Part shown: piece by piece, positions 25,822-38,736 of the stretch
How positions within the stretch are numbered: the first letter of the stretch is position 1
Layout: each line of letters opens with the position of its first letter
Source: Octopus sinensis
Lineage: Eukaryota
Length of the DNA: 64,000 nt
Direction: 5' to 3'
NCBI RefSeq assembly: GCF_006345805.1
Contig: NC_043015.1
Coordinates: 43,710,001-43,774,000, forward strand
Position numbers and translations under genes: made by a program
Notes under the pieces: generated by a model
The model's input: the letters and a program-made list of their open reading frames with translations, nothing else
What the model was told of the DNA's origin: nothing
The model's database searches: none

Positions 25822-26309
25822 TGTCGGACTGGCAGTGTGAAGCGGCTGACCTCCCTTGTTCGAAGGTTATAATGGATACAGATCGTGTATCAATAGCTAT
25901 CTTAAGGCGGTGGCCTCATGGAGCTGACCAGCGGCAGCGATTATTCTTATATCTATAAGAATGCCATATTAATATGGCGATAACAATATATATATATATA
26001 TGATTATACGAAATTGAACATAACACTTTTGTAGTGCAAACTATGTAATATAATGTACGCATGCACACACCCTCAATCAAACACACACACATCCACACAG
26101 AAACACACACTCAATATATTCGCCACACGCTGACACTCAAATTTCAGTGCCAGCCTTCTACTCCCCAAACTCTCCGACTAATGTTCCAGTGATCAAATAC
26201 TATCTAATCATTATTAACGTAATGTATCATCATTCTCTTTAACTCACATTTTGTTGGAAATCCTGGTGTTTTGCAGGCGTAGCCAGCTTGCAATCTGCAG
26301 CTATCATTC

Positions 26310-27506
26310 CTCTCAGACTTCCCTTATAGTTTCACCACATTCCAGCTTGATTCCATAGCTTTTACTGATTTTTCCCCTTTTGAGAATCATTACACCACAT
26401 TTCACGATCTCAAATTCCATGCCAATATCTTTGCCAATCATCTGCACAGTTGCCGTCAAATTCTCAATGTCTTTCTCAGTCTTAGTGACTAGCTTTAGAT
26501 CATACATAAATTACAGTTTGTTTGCTATCAGCCTGCCCAGGACGTATACCACACGTGTTTTTTTAAACGCTCATTAGCGTCAGTATAGAGACAACAAATA
26601 GGATAGGCGACAGACTGTCCCCTTGAAAGAATCCTCTTTTGATATTTACCTCTCTCAGCTTATGTCCTCATGCTGTGAGTTCAGTTCGTTACTATGTCAT
26701 TGAGTTTTGTATTAGCTTCAGAATATTGTGTGAGACCTTACGTAGTTTAAGGCATTCAATAATCCACGAGTGTGGGAACATGGCATTTGCTTTCCTGTAG
26801 TCCACCCATGCCATCGACAAATTTTTGTCTCGTCTTGCAATCAGACAGGTTTGTATTATCGATTAGTAATTAATCCTGAGTTCCTCAGCCCTTACGTCTA
26901 CACACTTTTTGTTCCACTCGCAGTAGATCGTTCTCATCTTGGCACTTATAGATACTGTTTGATATGATGCCTGTCATCAGTTTCCACATCAGTGGCAAAC
27001 AAGATATTGGTCGGAAATTTCCAACCGTATTCCCTTTACTTGGGTCTTTCTGGCATTGTACCCTTCTTCCTTTTGTCATCCAGATTGGTACTTGAATTTC
27101 ACTATTCAGTATTTCGTCCAGCTATCTCGCATTTCTCCTGTGCAGAGCTATCAAGGTTTTAAGCCAAAAGCCCTAAACCCCATCTGGGTCACGCGCTTTC
27201 CAGTTAGGAATTTGCCTGCACTGATCTCTAACCATCCCCTCGCTTTTTTTCTCAATTCTTTCTGCTGACAGTCTCCACTCTCCTCTTCGAGTGTCTTGAA
27301 CCACTCTACTTTAGTTCTGTGCTGTTTCTCCTGAGACCACATGTTTAACCAGAATCTTTTACTTTCCTCAGCATCCAGCACAGCCTTTACACCTTGTTCT
27401 TTCCCATCCATTTGCTGATAGAATCGTTTCTGATTTTATTCGAAAAGTCTGTTTAATCTGTACTGCTCAATTCCCTTTAGTTTATCTGCTTTAGCTTTCA
27501 ACCTCT
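26310..27506 (-). mobile_element. Decayed R4/Dong-like LINE RT fragment
   Basis: Minus-strand QYRLNRLF..NQKRFY, QKDPSKGNTVGNFRPISCLPLMWKLMTGII, and (M)YDLKL...DIGMEF..VKCG motifs; its 5' end abuts a (TAA)n tract on the minus strand. Confidence 0.85.
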
Positions 27507-27799
27507 TATTTATTATTATTATTAATACTTAATATTATTATTATTAATATTTAATTATTATTATTATTAACACTTCTCGTATTTGCACAACTTCTAACGC
27601 TGAAGATGTACTTCGCAAGACTTTTACCCACTGTTTCCAGGTCTCCGACATTTATTGGTACTACTACCATCTTTTTCATCGACCACAACTGCTTAATCTC
27701 CCAAGCTAACCTATCATATCTATCGACTTTTCTGTCTTCCTTATCGTATACCTTATCCTCCTCCTCCTACTTCTCCTCCTCCTCCTCTTCCTCCTCCTC

Positions 27800-27880
<81 letters not shown>

Positions 27881-29583
27881 TTAGTTTGTACTGCGTAGTG
27901 CCAAGTGAAGAGGGATTTTTTTTTCAATAATTAATTTGAAGGAAAAATACTTTCTGTTCTGTTTTTATTTTATTAACAATAGACTCAGCGAAATTTTATG
28001 CGTTTAATCCTCTACCTGAGGGTGAAGAAATGGATTAAGGATTATTTAACTAAAAAAGAAACAAACATATATGATTTTGTTAAGTAGTTATTAATGGTGG
28101 CCTCATTTTTTCTGGATAACAGCAAAAGTAAGAATTAGAAGCTTGCTAGCATTACTGAAAAACCAACCAAACAAACAAAAAGTCAAAGAAAAACAAAACA
28201 AAAAAAGAAAACCCCCAAACAAACAGAAAACGTCCAAAAGTAAAATAAACAGACGGAAAAATAAAATGAATTCCATTGCAGAAAATATGGCAGATATTGA
28301 CAGTTTATCGAATGATAAGATAATGATAATTTCAATAGCACAGATAACACTGGATGCAGTGTTGCCAGAGTAGCAATCCACAAAGAGTCGTTAGACATAG
28401 ACTTGTTCAGAGAAAAGTACAAAATATGGGAGAGATATATTACAAGGAACTGTACATTCTTGCCCAAGAAAAATATCATGCAAAGGGCAAGAAGGTTATG
28501 AATATGTTGCTAAAAAACGAAAGGGGATTTTCATGAATCCTGAAACAAAACTTTTGAAATATTAGCTGACGATGTGTTGTGGTGCAATACGTGTTCTTTT
28601 GATATTGGTGGGGCGTATGGAAAACTTTGCCTGAAGAGACGCACGTTTCGATGGAAGATGTGAGGAAACAGGTATAAATGTTGTGACCCACTTGCTCAGA
28701 AGCTAATGCCACACAAAATATAGAATGGCGGGATATAAGTGTTACAGACTGCGACATCTCTTTCGATTTTGAGTGATAGTCTGCCGGGAGGTTAGTGAGG
28801 GCTGAGTAAAAAGAAAAAAATATGTTGGCATGATTATTCTGCCTATATATGCAAGCTCCAATGACTGTCGGAGACTTTAAATTTATTCCAGAGTTGTACC
28901 CTTCTTGGAGATGAGCAGTGAAACATTATAACGAGGAGACAGGGCACAGTGTGTGGTAATAAATTCTAGACATTGAATTTCTGGCAAGAATAATTCAGCG
29001 AGAAAGAACGAACGGCAGCAGCGGTGGTTAAAGACAGAGGCAATCATGACAATTTGAAGAGCGGAGAAACTGTGATTTCCGTAACATTGCAGTTCTGACC
29101 GTAGCTCAAGAAACATACCGCATTGTTAGTGTCTGATGGAGGTTAGCCAGGAAGGCGAGTGGCCCCGGTCCATTGATAGCACGCCACCGTCTTTATAAGA
29201 ATAAGGACAAAATGGAAATTGCAGAGGAATAGCCGGAGATAGATAAGAACAAAGACGGCACAGAAGATTGTCGAAACAAGGCAGTCGAAGACAAGCGAGG
29301 CAAAACTGAAGAGGATACATTTCTCTATAGCATCATTAAATTCGAACTATTAGCATAACCCCGTAAATTCATTATGAAGCTTTGAGTAGGTCGCTGTACA
29401 TCTACAGTAGACCTATTTAATATGTCATAGACGTTCACTGTATAAATCTCACTAATACATCATTGTATTTTCATGAAAAAATTATTGAATGTCACTGTAC
29501 ATTACTGCAAAGCTAAATTGTCATTTTAAGTTTCACTGTAAAATTATTGATATGTTAATGAAAATTCTTTTATCTAATTTCAG

Positions 29584-29786
29584 AAACATATTGAAGTGGG
29601 AATAACTCGCAAAGGCTTCTGGTGTGTCAAGGAATGGGACAAACCAATTTACTCGATTCTTTATGAATTATATATGCTGGTTCTAATGTTTATATTACCA
29701 GTAGGTGTGATGGTAGTGGCCTATGCCAGTATAGGTTACGAACTCTGGAAGGTTGCCAATTTAAGAGCTTCAATGAGGGCTGGAAG
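29584..29786 (+). CDS. Same GPCR, exon encoding ECL2 and TM5
   Basis: Acceptor TTTCAG| at 29583; KHIEVGITRKGFWCVKEWDKPIYSILYELYMLVLMFILPVGVMVVAYASIGYELW has the ECL2 Cys and the TM5 F.LP......Y motif; donor GTAAGC at 29787. Phase 0 in, phase 2 out, matching both neighbours. Confidence 0.93.
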
Positions 29787-30829
29787 GTAAGCAAAAAAGA
29801 AAAGCAGCAATTTATTTTAATTTATCGGTCATTTGTTATAAATCATTTTTTTTTCGAACAGACACAAATTCATATTTTGCGATCACAATGATACAGTCAA
29901 TTAAACAGAATCTACTATAGTTTTGAGTTTGTTCCGCATAGAGCACACGAACTAAGGATATTTCTACGTAGACAGTCAATCTTCCAGAAGCAACATCCGA
30001 ATCTGTTCAGGTCATAGTTTGTTGTCTTACAAAAAGAAAGTCTAAATTGAAAAATGTAGTTATACAAAAAAACGGGATCGTCAAAGATGGAACGTCTTTG
30101 GTCATGGATTTGCTTAATCAAAACTGATCTGGATCTCAACAACCACAACGGTAAAAACTGGAAGGGGTTGACATAGAAATGCTGATGACTGAGATATATA
30201 GACGTTTAGTCCAGCATTCTTTTTCTTGTTTTTATCCAATTAATTAGTTATGTATTTGTTAATCATATATTATGTAAACTTATGGTGATGTAGATAGGAG
30301 ACTTGGTACGTATAAATGTATAGTGGAAAGAAGGTTTGCGAGACTATTGGGTGAATCTAATATGGAAAGGTTAAATAAATTTAAAAGTTAGCGGGTTGCA
30401 TGTTGCCCTTTTCCGGAACAAGAATGTGATGTAGTAGAAAGCTGAAAGTTTGAATGGCTTTCTAGGACAAAAGGACAAATTTATATTATTTAATCTCAAC
30501 CGAAGCAAGGCTCGATAACCTCACTACCTTCTCCTAGTAAAAAAAAATATATATTTGGAGGGGGTCTCTAATAAACCAGCCTCTCAGTCCACAAAAAAGG
30601 GACGATTCTTCTTCTTCCTTTGGTCTTCTGTTTTTTCAGCTGTGCGACCCATGCCGATCCTTTTGCTTTTCCTTCCTTTATTCCAACCGTTGCGCTCCGT
30701 CTTCTATCACGTTGCGCTCCAACGATTGGACGTACACTTGATCACGTACCAACATGGCTTTCTATGCAAGTAAGCTGAGAAAGTATCTTCTAGTTGATTT
30801 AGAGTGTTTCCAAGTTGATTCTGTAACGT

Positions 30830-31200
30830 GAGGCTTTAAGTTATATTTGGAAGTTTGTCCGGTAGTAAATATATCGTAGGATAAGTAATCCTACAATCAA
30901 GTGGAACAGAATCATTGTAGCAGTGTTCCATTTTACTGAAAGGTTAGTTAATATACGATTCTTTAGATTCCAGATGAGCTTTGATGTAAAGCTGCGCTCC
31001 TTTCAACATTAAAAAGTACGTCCTGTACGCTTCGTAGCTTGAATGTATTTTCTGTAATGCCGATATACATGTTATTCTGTCCATCTCAAAGTACATCTGG
31101 AAGCTAGAAAAAGTGACTTTTCAATCAAGTGGAAAATTTACGCTCTATACAGTAGCGCTTTCTCAAAGGTCAATGTTTGACTTTTGAATTTAGAGGTCAA
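30830..31200 (-). mobile_element. Decayed PLE GIY-YIG endonuclease remnant (Naiad-like)
   Basis: Minus-strand ..LLYRA.., NMYIGITENTFKLR and LIWNLK...VKW in broken frames. Confidence 0.55.
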
Positions 31201-31793
31201 TAGATGTGAATTTTCAATTATAGTTATATTTAAGTAGCTCTTCACTGCTTCTGACTTCTATACTGCAATTGAAGAGCTGTATACCGATATTGCTAACAAG
31301 AACCACTGCTCTCTTTATATGGTTCCTGAACCCACGAGGTTATATTAGTGCCTTTTTCGTTTCACTGGTTCCTATAGTAAAACGGAGTAATGTGTTTAAT
31401 TGCTGGAGTAATTGAACCCACCAGGCTCAAAGGTGCATGTTTTATATCGTAGATATAAATCGTATGAGATATTTAATGAAACGTATGGATCATACTGGTG
31501 TGTGTCCTTCGGTTGAACTTTACAGTCCGTGTGTAATTTCTTTTTCACGGCACATAACGCTGATCATCACGTTCATTTATTAACAGATATCTTCTGGCCT
31601 GTTGTTCTTACACTGTCTGACACTGATGCGTACATTTCTCAGTAGGATGAAGATTACAACGAATTTACAAGAGTGAAGTTAAACACTTAACTGATGGACA
31701 GACTGGATACAGACGACTAGTTAGCGAATCGCCTCCGGTGTCTCTTGAAATAACCGTTCCTGATTTCTTTGCGTGGTGATTTCTTAAAAATAT

Positions 31794-32572
31794 GGCGGTG
31801 AGCTGGCAGAAACGTTAGCACGATGGGCGAAATGCGTAGCGGTATTTCGTCTGTCGTTACGTTCTGAGTTCAAATTCCGCCGAGGTCGACCTTGGCTTTC
31901 ATCCTTTCGGGGTCGATAAATAAAGTACCAGTTACGCACTGAGGTCGATGTAATCGACTTAATACCTATGTCTGTCCTTGTTTGTCCCCTCTACGTTTAG
32001 CCCCTTGTGGGTAGTAAAGAAATAGGTATTTCGTCTGTCGTTACGTTCTGAGTTCAAATTCCGCCGAGGTCGACTTTGCTTTTCATCCTTTCGAGGTCGA
32101 TAAATTAAGTACCAGTTACGCACTGGGGTCGATGTAATCGACTTAATCCCTTTGTATGTCCTTGTTTGTCCCCTCTATGTTTGGCTCCTTGTTTAGTAAA
32201 GAAATAGGTATTTCGTCTGTCGTTACGTTCTGAGTTCAAATTCCGCCGAGGTCGACTTTGCTTTTCATCCTTTCGAGGTCGATAAATTAAGTACCAGTTA
32301 CGCACTGGGGTCGATGTAATCGACTTAATCCCTTTGTATGTCCTTGTTTGTCCCCTCTATGTTTGGCTCCTTGTTTAGTAAAGAAATAGGTATTTCGTCT
32401 GTCGTTACGTTCTGAGTTCAAATTCCGCCGAGGTTGACTTTGCCTGTCATCCTTTCGGGGTCGATAAATAAAGTACCAGTTACGCACTGATGTCGATGTA
32501 ATCGACTTAATCCCTTTGTATGTCCTTGTTTGTTCCCTCTATGTTTAGCCCCTTGTGGGCAATAAAGAAATA
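31794..32572 (+). mobile_element. Family A SINE with a tandem array of four bodies
   Basis: One head at 31794-31840, then bodies starting GGTATTTCG at 31841, 32025, 32207 and 32389 (period 182-184). Confidence 0.92.
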
Positions 32573-33556
32573 GAGCTTAAAAGCACAACCTCACCAACGC
32601 CATTCACTAACTTCGTAACAGATTTATGTTTCGGAATCTGCCTGTTGGGGCTCATAAAATTCCAAGCAGTATTTCAGATAATGAAGACTCACAGCTTGAA
32701 TGTAGCAATGGGTGATGTTTAATTGAAAAAAAATTTAAGAATTAAAAAAAAAACTCATCTAATGTAGTCCTTCTAATCACTTGCTTTCGTACAGTAACTT
32801 ATGAAACCCTCTGTATTTTTTCTCTCTAATCTTTGCAACAAACAGAAGTAATTATCTAAACTCGACAAAGCGTTCAGAGAAGCACAACAGGTAGTGTCTG
32901 CGAGCGAACTATTGCTCTGCCAGTCTGTCTGTCTGTCTCTCTAACAGATGGAAGGAAGAACAGGAAATTTGTTGTGAAAGATTCACTTTAATAATGTAAT
33001 TTAAAAGGCTGCTGTCCTTTTGTCATGTTCAAACAAAATAAAATACAAATAAATTCGTAACATGAGATAGCGCATGAAGAAAATTATATTCGCGTATTGA
33101 ACATCGTATAATGAATTTTGTATCCAGACATAATCTTTTCGAAGTAAACTAACTGAAAACATATTCCTTTTCATGTAAAGTCTGACGTGAAATACCGATC
33201 TAATTACACGTTGAAACAAGCGGCAGTAATACAGTCAACAGCTGCCTTCTCATCTTTAATGCCTGCTATTAGTTTAGAAACATTTCCCACAAGTTTGAAA
33301 ATGCGTATAATTTTATGACATACGATGCCTGTATGAGAAACTATATTATTTCTATCTCCACTAAATAGTCGACAAAACATCAACTAGTTAGGGTTATATA
33401 CTTACAAAATATACAGTAAATATATATGTACGTATGTATATATATATATATATGTATATATGTATATGTACATATAATATATACATACATGCATATATAT
33501 ATATAAATATAAATATATATAATATATATATATATATTCTGAACACCTTATCTTTC

Positions 33557-33589
<33 letters not shown>

Positions 33590-34633
33590 TAAGATATATT
33601 TCGAAGATCGGTTCGGCATTATTCATTTACTGCCGACTGAAACTACGTTTGCGCTGTGAATTTTGAAAATTTATAACATATAATGATGAGACATGTGTTA
33701 TTTGTCTTTAAATTATATGTTAGTTGTTAAGGCACGGTTACTGATGAGAATTCGCCTAGCAAATTATGTTATTTGCTAAAGAAATCTGAAACCTAGGTAT
33801 ACCCGTAAAAAATAACAAGATAAAAGATTTTATTCTTCATTCTCTTCGAAAATTGTTCTTAAATGTAGTTTTCGTCGTATTGACTGCTTCTAGCGTGTAA
33901 AAATTACCTGTTAAAGGTAGTTTTCTCTTGTGTTTAAATGTACACTATTTTATATTCAGTATATATATACATATATATATATATTCATACATACATATAT
34001 ACATATATATGCATATTTTATTATTTCTTTATACTTTAAGTTTATCCTTTAACAAGTAGAATTCAAGTGAGAAGACTATATCAAGTTTTAAAACCTGGAA
34101 GTGTAAAGATTATTATCAAAACAAACATCTATGGAAGTTTCTATGTAGGCAGGACAACATACACTCGGATATCCTCTTCTTTTATTGACTTTGAGAACGA
34201 CATCTGTGAGGTATAAACGCAATCAATCGTTGGTTAAGAGTAATTCGTCGTTCTAGTTTTCTTTTCGTCATATGAAATAGATTGGCGCGATTCAATAGCG
34301 TGCGAGCTTTGATAGAATAATTGATTTTGTTCTAGACATGTTCAGTCAAATTAAATTCGTTGGATTGAGCTGACCAAATCCAAATCTCAAATGGCTTCAT
34401 TAAAAATGAACTTTATGATTCAATATGTCATGTGTTTAGAGTAGTCGTCATGCAACAACATCTATTTGCGCGCAAATGACCATCGATTGAAGCCAAAGGT
34501 CGACTGTCGATATGTCTGTCTTAGCTTCTTGGTTTATGGTGTCGGGAATATGATTAACAAGAGCAGGACAGCGAGCCAAGTGTAGGGTGTATGGAAGCGT
34601 TCATCTCTCTTTTGAGTCCAAGGATGATATGAG

Positions 34634-34674
<41 letters not shown>

Positions 34675-34902
34675 TTATTTATTATTTTGCACATTACTTA
34701 ATCATCGTTATATTTTTTTATCTTATATTTAATCTTTCTATTATATGTAACTTTCTAGATGGTGTAATTTAATTTTTCATTTTGAATTGATAAAAGGTGT
34801 TTTTTTTCTAATTTATATATACATATATATTATATTTTGTGAAATTTGATTTAGTATTTCTAAATTGAATTTTCCTCTGTAAGTCTGGAATAATATTCCC
34901 TC

Positions 34903-34978
<76 letters not shown>

Positions 34979-35091
34979 TTATGTATATATATATACATAC
35001 CCACAGACATATACTTACATATATATATACACATGTATTGTATATACATACACATATATGTATACATCTTACATATATATATATATTATAC

Positions 35092-35193
<102 letters not shown>

Positions 35194-35476
35194 TATATAT
35201 GTTGCGTTTGAGTTTGAAGTGTATAAATATATGTTGTCTCAGTATTTGTTATTTGCCTTTTCATCCTTGATATATTCAAAGAGCTTTTCAAATTTTCAGA
35301 ATACAAAAGAGTTCAATACTAATGCTTTCATTATTGAATGTACATTATTATTTCTTTTTTTCCGAGACTTAATACAGCCATTTCAAAACGTTTGTGTTCG
35401 GTATCAATGATTTTAATATACAAATACACTTATAAAATATTGAATTTAGATTCCTTATTATTTTATAAAGAAAAAC

Positions 35477-35521
<45 letters not shown>

Positions 35522-36443
35522 TAAGAATAAAAATTTAGAAAGAAAATGTTTTGTAGATTTTGATTTTCTCATGTTGAAAACAAAATTCCAATAATAACTT
35601 GTTTTTGAAATTGCATGATAAAAATATAGCAAAGGGAAATTACAAAAACTCCATACTTTAACTAATGTACGCCGATCTATCTTAAGTACATTTGAAATTA
35701 ACCATACGTAAGGACTTACAGCGTAAACATCCATATCTACTTTCTTTGGTCGCCCGACTATGTTAGTTCGATTTTTATCAGTCAAGACGCCGTGAAATAC
35801 GAAACAAATCCTACCATGGGAATATAGTAGTTTTATTCCATCCCAGCTTCGGCTTGGGAAAATAGAAATCGATTATAAGTTGATTACATATGATTTATTA
35901 TTTACAGATTGGCAGGCTAAATCCTTCTGAGTGTTGCAGATAAGAACAAAAATAAATTAAGCATTTATTATTCATTCTGAAGATATATTTTTAAAGACAT
36001 TCTGCCATTCTTTCAGTATAATATATATCTGTTTCCTTAAAGTCATTTCGAAGACGATAAAAGCACCCCACTTATAAAATATGCAGTAAAACCGTAAAAT
36101 AGATGCTATACATTATATAATTTGGTGTCTGTTAAAAGTCTAAAAAAGAGCGATGTGTTTTTTGGAGTAGAAAAAAATAAATTAGAAAAGTTTGCAGGTG
36201 GTCATCAAGTATTCATGCTTCCACAGATTAATCGTAAAATTCAGCGAGAGAAATTATACCTGGTCACTTGAGCTGTTAGAAACAGATGTTTGGGGAGTTG
36301 AGGAGGTCAAGATAAGAGTTTCATGGTTTCATATGAGAGTGAGTATTTTTAACTGAAATTCAAGTATTTAGAGTCATCGTCATCTAATTAGATCTATTTG
36401 AGCACGGATAATTCCATTGATTTTAAAATCACCCGAGAGCCTA

Positions 36444-36675
36444 AGGCGGCGAGCTGGCATAATCGTTAGCGCGCCGGGCGAAATGCTTAGCGGTATTTCG
36501 TCTGCCGTTACATTCTGAATTCAAATTCCACCGAGGTCGACTTTGCCTTTCATCCTTTCGGGGTCGATAAATAAAGTAACAGTTACATACTGGGGTCGAT
36601 GTAATCGACTTAATCCCTTTGTCTGTCCTTGTTTGTCCTCTCTGTGTTTAGCCCCTTATGGGTAGTATAGAAATA
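36444..36675 (+). mobile_element. Family A tRNA-derived SINE, full length
   Basis: ggcggcgagctggc..aatcgttagc head, B-box ttcaaattcc, gaaata tail. Confidence 0.88.
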
Positions 36676-36677
36676 TA

Positions 36678-37013
36678 TTACTTCTGCCTTCGCTAAGACG
36701 GAGGTATTGTTTACAGTCGAGATTGTACGTGGACAAGATATCTCAAGAACCGCTGGATGGATTTCAATGAAACTTTCACAGATGTTTGGCCTCGTGACTG
36801 GCACGAAGTGATAAGATTTTTGGATCAATCCGGTATTGGACAAGGATTCTAGATTATTTTTCCTGTTTTTTTTTTTACTTAATTTTTTAGAGCAGTCGGG
36901 TTCATTTTTAATATTCTCCTTTGTGAGAGCAGTCAAGTTTATTTCAGCTAATCGTTGAGATGACATTGGTGTTGCCGTGACGGAGGTTTGCGTTCTCTGA
37001 GTGTTCTTGTTAG
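36678..37013 (+). mobile_element. Helentron/HINE-like non-autonomous element
   Basis: Subterminal acttctgcc..gacggaggt hairpin, accgctggatggatttcaatgaaactt core, and 3' gacggaggtttgcgttctctgagtg end. Confidence 0.65.
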
Positions 37014-37050
37014 CTGTTAAAATTAATTTCTCTTTTCCATGTTCTTTTAG

Positions 37051-37174
37051 TGAGAATCAACAATTAACAGAAGTATCATCGCAGAGAAGTGTCGCTCCCA
37101 TCGTTCGAAAGCCGAATACAATGTACAAAGAACAGAAGAAGACAACAGCAGAAGACGACAACACAACTAAACAG
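37051..37174 (+). CDS. Same GPCR, ICL3 exon
   Basis: Acceptor TTCTTTTAG|T at 37050 and donor CAG|GTAAAA at 37175. Phase 2 in, phase 0 out bridges the flanking exons exactly, giving ...RAG-S-ENQQLTEV...EDDNTTKQ-VVQML. The sequence is hydrophilic, as expected for ICL3. Confidence 0.82.
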
Positions 37175-37344
37175 GTAAAAACAAAATATGCAAATATACC
37201 TGAGGTTAACTTCTTAAATCATATGTGGTTCTATTTTTATAAGAGATAAGAGATCCGATCTTGGTGTCATCAGCTTTGTTGGCCCTAGATATGAAAGGGG
37301 AACACCTCTTTACGAATATATACGTATACATACACAAACATACC

Positions 37345-38060
37345 CCTATAGGCATAGGTGTAACTATTTGATTCACACCCACATGGTGCCGGGTTCAGTC
37401 CCATTGCGTGGCATATTGGGCAGGAGTCTTCTACTATAGGCTCGGACAGGACAAAACCTTTGCAAATGGATTTGGTTGACGGAAACTGAAAGAAGCCTGT
37501 CAAACACACACACATATATATATATCTCTCTCTATATAAACGGCAGTTTGTCTGTGCGTGTTTCTGTGTGTCTGTTTGCTTGTACCCTCACCCTGACCAC
37601 GGCTTTCAACCGATTCTGATGAAACTTGACACACACATAGCCCAATGTCATAATTCAAAACTAACGCAGCGAAAATTTTGAAAAGTTCCCCCAGTTCTAA
37701 AAAAATCGATAAATTCGACATGGGGTCGAGAATCAGAAACACAAACCACAGACTGTCTAGGGGACGCAACTCGACCTTTTTAACTCTCAAAAAAATTTAC
37801 CATCATTTTTTTTCCATTTTTTTGCTATTTTTTGGCTATAACTCTCTAAAAATGCTTTATAGTTATTTCCCTTACAAACCTGAGCAACGCCGGGCAATAC
37901 TGCTAGTATATCATATATATATATATAAGCATGTATGTGTGTGCGCGCGAATGTGTGTATGTGTGTGTGCGCGTGCATGTGCGTGTGCGCTTGTTCGACC
38001 TCAACATTTAGCGGTTCAGCAAAACATACCGATACAAGAATTACAAGGCTTTAACACCAT
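37345..38060 (+). mobile_element. Degenerate family B SINE split by a Helitron insertion
   Basis: Head at 37345-37520; 3' part (ttagcggttcagcaaaa..accgata) resumes after 37907. Confidence 0.65.
37531..37906 (+). mobile_element. Non-autonomous Helitron
   Basis: 5' TCTATATAAA, internal accgattctgatgaaacttg, 3' cctgagcaacgccggg hairpin followed by CTAG|T. Confidence 0.72.
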
Positions 38061-38081
38061 GACGACAAGTTGCATTAACGG

Positions 38082-38115
<34 letters not shown>

Positions 38116-38510
38116 GCACACAGGCATACATATATATAAGGCCTTATACATATTTGTATATATTATCATATATTTGTATTTATTAGTATATATCAGTCTC
38201 CCTCTCTCTCTCTCGCTCTCACTATATATATATATGTATATATTAATATATATACGTATACACACACGCATATCAGAACATTAGTAAATCACTATATAAA
38301 CGGGTCGTTATCGTTAATATAGAAGGAACTTGTAATGGTAATATCTTTCACACGTTAACAGACAATAGACGTTTAGTTATGAAATAAATGAAACAGGTTA
38401 AGTAATAAACATTAACAATTACTTGAAGAACCGACATCGAGGCTTTCTAATTTAACCTTCATTCTTCCTTCCCCACCTCTTTCTGTCTTTGCTTCTGTCC
38501 ACCGATCCCG

Positions 38511-38582
<72 letters not shown>

Positions 38583-38689
38583 ATGGATGTACATATGCAT
38601 CTGTATCTGTGTATTTATTTCCCTAGAGATATTTTTTTATATGTGTACATATATGTAGAAACACGCATACATATATTAGACAAAATGAG

Positions 38690-38736
<47 letters not shown>

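Larger units (their letters stand above)
25365..25987 (+). mobile_element. Retrozyme-like 363-bp tandem repeat (~1.7 units)
   Basis: Period exactly 363 bp (25371 versus 25734); three substitutions over the first ~240 bp; no ORF; one HHR per unit; (TA)-rich flanks. Confidence 0.85.

Noticed and set aside
28100-29320. Higher-complexity block with WCNTC...KR.H, possibly a transposase zinc finger
   Set aside because: Frames are short and broken, and the motif is too weak to name a family.
31794-32572. CRISPR-like or regularly spaced repeat array
   Set aside because: The units are contiguous SINE bodies with no unique spacers, in a eukaryotic context.
33598-33655. HHR-like TCGAAGA...TCGGCA/TGCCGA...GAAAC
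   Set aside because: The core is scrambled, stem II would consume G12, and there is no stem I or valid cleavage triplet.
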